NCBI GenBank assembly: GCA_002269645.1
Contig: NIVC01000571.1
Coordinates: 469,212 to 533,211 of the forward strand
Origin: Macrostomum lignano
Taxonomy: Eukaryota
Length of the DNA: 64,000 bases
Reading direction: 5' to 3'
Of this stretch, positions 37,291 to 48,000 are shown piece after piece. Numbering within the stretch: the stretch's first letter is position 1; each line of letters opens with the position of its first letter. A program made the position numbers and the translations under genes. The notes under the pieces are model-generated. The model was given only the letters and a program-made list of their open reading frames with translations, searched no databases and was not told the DNA's origin.

Positions 37291-37629
37291 TGTCTGAACA
37301 GTCTAAAAAGTGTCCCAACTGGCCTATAAGTTCCCAAATTCAACCAGCACATGTCGCATGAATGCACGAATGCCTGCAAGGTGTGGACACTGATTTAACG
37401 CAGAAGAGCACGGAACATACCTCTAATGCATACCTAAAATTGTACAAAATAATTGTGATTATTACGTATCTCACCAGTTGCAAAATATTTTGTTTAGTTA
37501 ATAGTGCTTTGGGCAAGTTATCATTAAAACGGCATCAATATGAGTCAGCAATAGTTTTAGAGATCAACAGGGTACAAAAAAGTGACAATTATACACGCTG
37601 CATGAGCTTCAATCTCAAAGTTGAGCACT

Positions 37630-40180
37630 TCAAGCCACTGAGTCTTCGTTGAAGTCCACCCACTTGCAGGCCGGGGCAGCAGGCGGCTCTTTGGGGGTCT
37701 CTTCGGCACTGAAGGCCGCGTTCTGGCGGCCGGCGACTGGAATGAGGGAGTGGAATGGATTGCTAGTCTAGCCAATATGGATATTACAGTAGATTGGATT
37801 GCTAGTCTGGCCAATATGGATATTACAGTAGAATGGATTGCTAGTCTAGCCAATATGGATATTACAGTAGATTGGATTGCTAGTCTAGCCAATATGGATA
37901 TTACAGTAGATTGGATTGCTAGTCTAGCCAATATGGATATTACAGTAGAATGGATTGCTAGTCTAGCCAATATGGATATTACAGTAGAATGGATTGCTAG
38001 TCTAGCCAATATGGATATTACAGTAGAATGGATTGCTAGTCTAGCCAATATGGATATTACAGTAGATTGGATTGCTAGTCTAGCCAATATGGATATTACA
38101 GTAGAATGGATTGCTAGTCTAGCCAATATGGATATTACAGTAGAATGGATTGCTAGTCTAGCCAATATGGATATTACAGTAGATTGGATTGCTAGTCTAG
38201 CCAATATGGATATTACAGTAGAATGGATTGCTAGTCTAGCCAATATGGATATTACAGTAGATTGGATTGCTAGTCTAGCCAATATGGATATTACAGTAGA
38301 ATGGATTGCTAGTCTAGCCAATATGGATATTACAGTAGATTGGATTGCTAGTCTAGCCAATATGGATATTACAGTAGAATGGATTGCTAGTCTAGCCAAT
38401 ATGGATATTACAGTAGATTGGATTGCTAGTCTAGCCAATATGGATATTACAGTAGATTGGATTGCTAGTCTAGCCAATATGGATATTACAGTAGAATGGA
38501 TTGCTAGTCTAGCCAATATGGATATTACAGTAGAATGGATTGCTATTCTAGCCAATATGGATATTACAGTAGAATGGATTGCTATTCTAGCCAATATGGA
38601 TATTACAGTAGAATGGATTGCTAGTCTAGCCAATATGGATATTACAGTAGATTGGATTGCTAGTCTAGCCAATATGGATATTACAGTAGAATGGATTGCT
38701 AGTCTAGCCAATATGGATATTACAGTAGATTGGATTGCTAGTCTAGCCAATATGGATATTACAGTAGATTGGATTGCTAGTCTAGCCAATATGGATATTA
38801 CAGTAGATTGGATTGCTAGTCTAGCCAATATGGATATTACAGTAGATTGGATTGCTAGTCTAGCCAATATGGATATTACAGTAGAATGGATTGCTAGTCT
38901 AGCCAATATGGATATTACAGTAGAATGGATTGCTAGTCTAGCCAATATGGATATTACAGTAGAATGGATTGCTAGTCTAGCCAATATGGATATTACAGTA
39001 GAATGGATTGCTAGTCTAGCCAATATGGATATTACAGTAGAATGGATTGCTAGTCTAGCCAATATGGATATTACAGTAGAATGGATTGCTAGTCTAGCCA
39101 ATATGGATATTACAGTAGAATGGATTGCTAGTCTAGCCAATATGGATATTACAGTAGAATGGATTGCTAGTCTAGCCAATATGGATATTACAGTAGATTG
39201 GATTGCTAGTCTAGCCAATATGGATATTACAGTAGAATGGATTGCTAGTCTAGCCAATATGGATATTACAGTAGAATGGATTGCTAGTCTAGCCAATATG
39301 GATATTACAGTAGAATGGATTGCTAGTCTAGCCAATATGGATATTACAGTAGAATGGATTGCTAGTCTAGCCAATATGGATATTACAGTAGAAGGGATTG
39401 CTAGTCTAGCCAATATGGATATTACAGTAGAATGGATTGCTAGTCCAGCCAACATAGAAGGCACAGCAGACTGAATATCACCTGTTACACCTAACCCGGC
39501 AGACTAACAAAACCAACTCACAAGTCGCCGCGTCCCCACTATCGCAGACGCCGCTCCGAGCTCCGTCGCCGCTGGCAGCAACCGGGGGCGCCGGGCCGGC
39601 AGCCTGGCTGGAAGGCTGGTAGCGGGCCGCCGGCTTCTTGCGGCCCAGCTCTGCCAAAGTCAAAAGAACATGTTAACTTCATTGTTAGAAACAGGACAAT
39701 GCATGCACCGGAACTATATCGGTATACTCTGGTATGCATTAAAAGCAGCAAATCAATCAAGAAGTAGTGAGAAGCGGGGGCTCATATCCATAATACTAGA
39801 AATATTTTTCTATAATTTGCGCGGTGAATCACGAGACAAACTCATAATTGATCAGCGATAAGTATTGATACTTGCGAACAATTGAAAGCGGCTCTATTCA
39901 TGCCTTTTATTGATTTCAAACTGATATCGCTACCATTGAGCACCGGGGCCGCCCATGCCGCCTCACGTGAGCACCCACTGTGGGCGCCATCGGCCTCATC
40001 CTCGTCTGACAATTTCGCGTCGCTGACTTTCCTTGAGCTCATGCAGTCTGGGCAAAGGGAAAAAAGTCTGGCTGAGATGAGAGCTCTTGACGTGGAGCCA
40101 AATAGGAATCCGCTTGCATAGGGACACTGATAAAAGATGACCTGCATACACAGTAACCACAGCAACAATGACACCACCAC

Positions 40181-40221
<41 letters not shown>

Positions 40222-43200
40222 GGGACAAGAAGGCGCCCTCCTAGAGAACATCATGGGGTCCCCGGAAGTCCAAGTAGAGACCGAACGGCCAAACCTTGGA
40301 ACTAACTGCCTTCCCAAACAGCGATGCCCCCCCCGCAGGGGGCGAGAGACTAAAACACGGCAGTGGAGATATCGATCACGACGTCAGAAATACCGATAAC
40401 ATCGACACAGTCCTTCGACTCCGCGGAGGGTGCGGTATAGCCCCCCGCAGCAAGCGGAGTGGTAGCGGGAAGAACGGCGAGGACCACAGCCCAGAGCTCA
40501 TCCTGCAATTCAATTGCAACGGCCTTCGGGCCCGTTCCACCGAGCTGGCCAAGTGGCTCCAGACTAATCGACCTGCAGCTATTCTGCTTCAAGAGACAAA
40601 ACTCCGGACGGGACAAGTTTTTAACCCGCCGGACGGATACTGCGTGGCCGCTAGGTGCGACGGCCTCCCCAAGGACGCAGCCCAGCGGGGACAGGAGCCA
40701 GATGAGAGACCATCCGAAAGCAGCGCTCCCTCGGACACATGTCCGACGCCTTGGACAAGGTGTGGAGGACGTCGCCTTACTAGACCACGATGCCGGATGC
40801 GCTGGCCGGAGGACCGCACCGAATGGTGCCCTGGATGCAAATCGGGCCGCACCGGTTGCGTTCGCAGGAACGAGCCATGGCCAACACCGAGTCTGAATCA
40901 GGCGGATATCACAGTGATAGCAACAGAAGACGCAGGAACACACGCACCTGCACCTACGGCAGCGGCTGATGCAGCCGGGGCGACAACGATTACAACACAA
41001 GGGGCTAGCTTGGCACCTCCTAAGAAAACAGGCTGGCAGTGCTGCAAGTGCGGCAACCAAATTAAAGGACGGCAGTATTCGGTCCGATGCAACGGCTGCA
41101 ACGACTGGTGTCACCTATCGTGTAGCGGCCTGGGCCGTAGCAACAGGTGGACAAGTGCTTTCAAAGCGGAAATGTGCAACTCCTGTACACCTGTCCAACC
41201 GCCGCCATCACAGCCACCGGCAGAACGGAGCCCATCACCGTCATCACCGACACCACCATCACCGATACCGATACCAACAAATAAGACTCGGAAAAACCCG
41301 ATCAATCACGCGGCCCGCGGCGGGGCGATGATTCTCACCCGCTCGGACATTGCCGTTGACAACATACCGACGCCAGGAGATAAGGAACGCGGCATGCTGG
41401 ACGTCGCCGCAGCCGCCATCCACCTCAAAGACTCAAAGCCCATCACGCTCGTTTCTGTCTACGCACCACCTATCAGCGACCAGAGAGGCGAGACCTGGCA
41501 CCCCCCCCCCCCTCAATCTCATTCCGGACGCCCAGCGCGTCATCATAGGGGGCGACTTTAACGCTCACGGGATTTGGGACAGCCACCAAGAGGAAGATGA
41601 CAGAGGCCGCAGGGTGGAAGCTTGGGCCAGCGCAAGGAACCTGCGACTCGCTAACGGCGAGCGACACACCCGCACCAACCCGGCGACAGGCGCTTTATCC
41701 TCGCCGGATATCACCTGGACTAGCACCAATCTGCTGAGCAGCGTCGCGGACAGCTGGACAACTCAGAGTGACATGGGCTCGGATCATCTTCCCATCACGT
41801 TCCAGCTTTGCTCCGCTCACAAGCGCCCGACCAGGCAGAGGCGCCCTAGGACTGCAAAGTGGAGCTACCGAAAGGCGGACTGGAGTGGTTTTAAACAGGA
41901 GCTCGCCACCATCGATGCCGAAAGGGAACAATACCCGACGGAAGGTGTCGAGGCCGAGCACCTCCACGCCCTTATCTGCGACGACATCCTGAAGGCGGCG
42001 AGCCAAAACATCCCTAAAGGGGCTCTCCCGAGGACCAAACCCTTCTGGAGCGAGGAGTGCGAGAAGGCCACCCAGGCCTGCAAAGAGGCGCGCCGGACAG
42101 CTGAAACTGAACCGTCCGAACCCAACATTGCAGCCTTCAAAATGGCCAGAAACCGAGTTCGGTCCACCATTCGCAAGGAAAAGGAAAAAGCCTGGAACGA
42201 GAAGGCGGCTCAGCTAGACGTTAACAGTGACCTCTTCCGCCTGCTGAAGAACATGAGGGGGGACGGGCACACCCCCGCCAGCAGTACATCTATTACCAGG
42301 CACCAAACGGGTGGTACCGCGCCCAGCAGACCAGCGCGAACTAAACTGGAAAAAGCGAACCTGTTCTGCCAGATGTACAGCGCGGTCTCCAGAGTACCAA
42401 AACGCCCAGAAGACAGACTGATCAACAAAAAGGCCTATGAAGCGGCCAGTGCCCGCTGTTGCGATGCCGACAATCGCCAGGGAATCTGCCAGCCCTTCAA
42501 CCCCACGGAGTACCGGAACGCCGTCCGAGCCCTGAAATCTGGAAAGGCACCCGGACAGGACGGAGTCAGTAATGATATGCTGAAACACTTACCACCGTCC
42601 ACTGACAAAAGACTCCTGGAGCTCATTAACAGGTCATGGATGGGAGGCAAGTGCCCATGGCAGTGGAGAAAGGCTACCATTATCCCGATTCCCAAGAAAG
42701 GGAAGGACGCCAGCAAGCCGGAATCATATCGCCCAATCGCCCTAACCAGCTGCGTGGCTAAGCTCGCAGAGCGCATGGTCCTCCAGCGCCTCCGTTACGC
42801 CCTGGAGGCCTCGGGTCGGCTGACCGCCAGCCAGGCGGGCTTCCGACGGGGGCGTTCCACTGAGGAGCTCATTGCCGACATCTCCCAGGAGATTTTCGAC
42901 AAGCTCGAGGCCACCCCGCACATCAGGTCAGTGCTCTGCCTGCTTGATTTTAGCCGCGTCTGGAGGGCGGCTCTCTACTCGAAGCTGCGAGACTTGGGAG
43001 TGCCAGCCGACGTCATCCGGTGGATCAAGGCCTTCCTGTCAGACCGAAGAGCCCGCGTGCGCGTCGGCGACTGCACCAGCAAAGAACGCATCTTCCGGGA
43101 AGGACTACCACAGGGGTCGGTGCTCGCCCCCACACTGTGGTTAGTCTACGTCAACGATCTGGCTGATGCGGTGCTAAACGCCGCCGCGGGTGTTTCCATC

Positions 43201-45058
43201 AAACTTTATGCCGATGACAGCGCCCTCCTGACCTCTAACAGGTCTCTGGACACATGTGAAGAGAAGCTGCAACCCGCGCTGAACGCCGTCTCACAGTGGT
43301 GCAAGGAATGGAAAGTGGAGCTCAGCGTGGAAAAGAGCGTGTACGGCACTTTCACGCTGGACGCAAAGGAATCAAACGGCAAAAAGAGACTCAACCTGCT
43401 CATCGATGACAAGCCAATAGCCTTTGACCCAGCCCCGAACTACCTCGGTGTTCGCCTAGACGGTCAACTCAATTTCGCGCAGCACGCCGCGACAGTCCGC
43501 GCCAAGATGTGCGCCAGACGCCGACCGCTCGCAGCGATGGCCGGCAGGAGCACCGGAGCTGATCTACAAACGATCCGAACAGCCTACATCAGTACCGTCC
43601 GCGCTGTGGCCGAGTACGCCGCAGGTACCTGGCTATGCGGCGCCGCCCCCTCCACCAGACGAGCTATTGAACAGCAGCAGAACGCGTGCGCGAGACTGAT
43701 TACGGGATGTATCATGCCGACCAACATCCGCTCAGTCCTACAACTGGCCGGGCTCACACCGCTCTCATTCATCGCGTCCGAGAGGGCGGCACGCCTAAGG
43801 GAAAGAGTCCTCAGACTCGACCCGAGTGTCTCGGCGGGACAAGTAGCCTTGCGGAACACCAGGCCTAGACTGAAAAACCGTACCTACGAAGCTTTGGCAC
43901 GCGATCACGGCCGCACCCACGGAGACGGCGGCGCCGACGACGAAGCACAGCCGAACTCGCTGAACCTCATCGACCCGCGGGACGCCACCCGCCCCTTCCG
44001 GAACTGCTGGAGGAGGGCGGCACTAGAGCTGCCGTCGGTTGCCATATTGGATTCCCACAAAAGAGGCGACCCGGTAAGCCCCGGCATCCCGCCGTGGGAG
44101 TGCGACACACGGGACATTAACATCCGCCTGGACATCTCGGCCCGATGCCGCCGCACGGACCCCAGGAGTCCCGGAGCGCGGCGGCAACGGAGTTTCTGCA
44201 GTCACTGCCTGAGGCTGACATCTGCGTGTGGACAGACGGATCGGTGGCGGACGGCACCGGACCCGGCGGCAGCGCCGCTATAACCTGCACGAACTTGGCG
44301 AGCCATGTGCGCAAGGCCCCGGCCGGAATCATCTGTAGCTCCTTTGACGCAGAAATGATAGCCATCCGCGAAGCACTGGTTTTTATTAAGAACAACTGCA
44401 GCCCGAGCGAAAAGAAGATTCGCCTATGTAGCGACTCTTTATCGTCACTGACAGCACTAGGGGCCGGACCACTAGCCCAGGCGACTAAGACCGGTACGGA
44501 CTGCTGGCGCCACATGCTAGACATCAACGAAACGGCCGACATAGAACTAATCTGGGTGCCAGCCCACTGCGGCATCAGCCTTAATGAAGCGGCGGACCGC
44601 GCGGCCGGCATGGCAAGAGGCTTGCCCCAAGAGGAAGTGCCCATCTCCTTCAACGCCGCAAAAGCAGCCATTCGCCGCGATCGCCGGACCCTGGAGAAAG
44701 AAACCCTGCCGCAACCCTGGCCGGACTTCAAAGCGAGAGACCGGCGGGAGCAAACGGCGGTGTGCCAGCTTCGCGCAGGCATGACGATGCTCTGCGCCGA
44801 GATCCAGCACCGATTCGGTATGATCGATAATCCGCAGTGCCCGGACTGCGGAGAACTCGACGACAGCGCCCATGCGCTACTTCACTGCCACCGGGGAGAC
44901 GCTCGACGGATGGCCCTGGTCGGGAACGATCACGAGGAGCTCCTCCGGAACCCGGGAAAATGTCTCTCGCTCCTTCGGAGCATGGGGCGATGGCCCCCGC
45001 AAATCTCGGCGCCGCCGCGCCGGTAAAGCGAGCGCTGAAGAAGAAGAAGAAGAAGAAG

Positions 45059-45093
<35 letters not shown>

Positions 45094-48000
45094 CCACCAC
45101 CACCACCACCACCACCACCACCACCACCACCACCACCACCACCACCACCACCACCACCACCACCACCACCACCACCACCACCACCACCACCACCACCACC
45201 ACCACCACCACCACACCACCACCACCACCACCACCACCACCACCACCACCACCACCACCACCACACCACCACCACCACCACCACCACCACCACCACCACC
45301 ACCACCACCACCACCACCACCACCACCACCACCACCACCACCACCACCACCACCACCACCACCACCACCACCACCACACCACCACCACCACCACCACCAC
45401 CACCACACCACCACCACCACCACCACCACCACCACCACCACCACCACCACCACCACCACCACCACCACCACCACCACCACTTAGGTCAAGTGTGTGTTTT
45501 AACACTTAGGTCAAGTGTGTGTTTTGACACTTAGGTCAAGTGTCAAAACACCCCCACTTACTTTTTAGCCGCTTCAGCAGACCCTTGTCTTTGCGACTGG
45601 TCTCTTCGGATGTCTCCGTCTGGTTCTTGGCGAAGTTGATGAACACCTGAAGCACCGGAATTGGCATGCACTGTCATAGGCTATCAGCAAAAACGCTTTA
45701 CTTGTGAGGTTAAACAATGAGGTTACCTGGTCCAGAGTGGTCTGGTTGACGCTGTAGTCCAGCACCAGACCGTTGTCCTTGAGCCTCTGGACGCTCTCAA
45801 AGATGCTCCTGAGCCTCACGGTCTGCTTCAGCTGGTACTGCAGCACAGCCGCGTGGTTCTCGCACAGCACGGCGTCCGGAAAGGCCGATATGAACGCTTC
45901 GTGAGCTCTCTCCAGCTGACCTTCCGTGTTATCGACGGTAGCGGAGGCCGAGGCAGAGGCGGATGTCGCCTCCTGCGACTGCGGCTGACGAACGCGCAGG
46001 AAGATGGTGAACCCTTGGCCAAACTTGTTCTTCAAGTGCTGAGGACTGCCGATGCACTGCAGTCTGCCGTTCACCTGTGTGAGATGTTAGTGAAGGTATG
46101 GTGGGGAAAGCGAGCTGCTTGGCTGCTGCATGAGCTGAAATACCAGCACTGAGCTGCTCTCACCATGATGGTGAGCCTGTGACACAGCGCTTGGCAATCC
46201 TCCATGCTGTGAGTTGTGAGAATGACGCACGAGCCAGCAGTGACCATGCGTTGGATGCAGCGCCAAAGGAATCTGCGAGCTCCAGGGTCCATGCCGGCAG
46301 TTGGCTCGTCCAGGAACACGATGGGCGGGTTGCCGATGAACGCGATGCCGCAGGAGAGCTTGCGCTTGTTGCCTCCGCTGTACTCCTGAGTGGTCTTGTC
46401 CAGGTGCGCCTCGATGCCCACCCTGCGGTGTCGAGGTGGCAGTGCGTACAATCTTCTCATTTCAAAAGAGCACTTACATGTATTATGGTAACATTCATTC
46501 AATTTCAATTTCATTTCAATCGTTTCACTTATTAGAGTAACATTTATTAAATTTAAATTTCATTTCAATCATTTCACTCAGTAGAGTAACATTCCTTCAA
46601 TTTCAATTTCACTTCCATCGTTTCACTTATTAGAGTAACGCGAGCAAGAGCAAGATCGGTGACGAACCTCTTTGAGATGGTCTCCACCAGCTGGTCGATG
46701 TCCTCCTCCTCCACGCCTCGAATCCTCGCGTACAGCTGCAGCGTCTCCCTGCCGGTCAGTAGCGGCAGCAGCGCATCGAACTGGGGACAATATCCCAGCT
46801 GCTTGTGAACCTCGAGAGCCTCCGTCAGGATTGAGAAGCCGCCGACTCGAGCGTCTCCGCTCGTCGGTGTGAGGTCACCTGAGGTCATCGAGGCATCGAG
46901 AGTGAAAATGCATGCATTGAGCATTTAAAGTGCAAAAAGGAAATCGATAGGACCTCTTGAACCTACGGACAGCATCTGCTCCCAGCGACTCACCAGTCAG
47001 CATCTTGAACGTGGTCGTCTTGCCAGCTCCGTTGACGCCCAAGAAGCCGAAGCACTCCTGAGACTTCACTCCCAGACTGATGCCTTTGACGGCGGCTCTC
47101 GGTCCGGAGCTGGTGCTGAAAATCTTGACCAGTCGCTGCAGTTCGAGCAAGTAGGAGCTGGCGCCGGCTCCGTCAACCTTGGCAGCTTCAGCGAGCACGT
47201 CATCGTCGATCTCCGCTGCTTCCGGCCGCCGCAGCGCGCGCTCGTACTCGGCGCGGTAGAAGAGGCGGAAGAAGCGCGAGGACACGAGGCCCTGCTTGCA
47301 GCAGCAGTTGTACTCGAGCAGCAGCACGAGCGCAAAGTACACAACACTGTGCGCCACAAGGCAGGCCAGATATCGGCCAGAGGCGCTCCAGGGGTTGTCA
47401 TACGCGTCGAAACCTTCAACATACCTGCTCAAGTCAAAGGCACTTGCTCCAGTCTGTTTCATCAGCTCCGCCAGTCTGACATTGATCTGCAGGAAAAGTG
47501 TGCCATCATTAATGTAGTCACTAAATGTTTCTAAAGCAGCAAAAAATTAAATTGCAATTGACCAGCAATACCTGGTAGTAGATATTCAACTCCATGAGAG
47601 ACTGGCCCAAACAGAAGTGCGGCAGGAGAAGAAAAACGGCTTTCAGAGTATCAGCGGTGTTTATCATGCTCTGATCGTTGTTTTGCTCGCCTATCATCCT
47701 GACAATTGTGACGGACATTGTTGTTGTGAACCCGATGCCCAAGTTCAGGCAGGCTAGCATGGTAAACGCCTTGCTCGGAACGGTCATCACCCAGCTGAAG
47801 GGGTACATCAGTGGTGCACTAGCGAACCCGAAAAGTACCATGGTCAGCAGAAACGGTCCGATGGTCTGCGAACCAACGAACTCATAGTTCTTGAATGCCA
47901 CGAACAAGAGGATCACAATGGTCAGCGGCACCATGTAGTTCAACAGGTTCCAGATGTGGTTCACGATCCAGTACGTAGTAGGGTTAATGCCGGACACGAA

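Noticed and set aside
36290-39445. CRISPR-like appearance of the 39-40 bp palindromic repeats
   Set aside because: The units are directly adjacent with no unique spacers, there are no cas genes, and the context is eukaryotic and intronic.
40078-40121. [11 protein letters not shown] resembles a 2A peptide (DVExNPGP) or ubiquitin LEVEP
   Set aside because: It lacks NPGP, is separated from the LINE ORF by stops, and lies outside the element, in the ABCA-2 intron just upstream of the exon-21 acceptor.
41501-41512. Programmed ribosomal frameshift at the C12 run between the two LINE ORFs
   Set aside because: It falls in the middle of the APE domain, has no recognised slippery heptamer or stimulator, and matches the general homopolymer-indel pattern.
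45536-45646. TGA at 45536 as the sole end of ABCA-2
   Set aside because: A consensus donor precedes it and three in-phase downstream exons exist; kept only as a possible short isoform.
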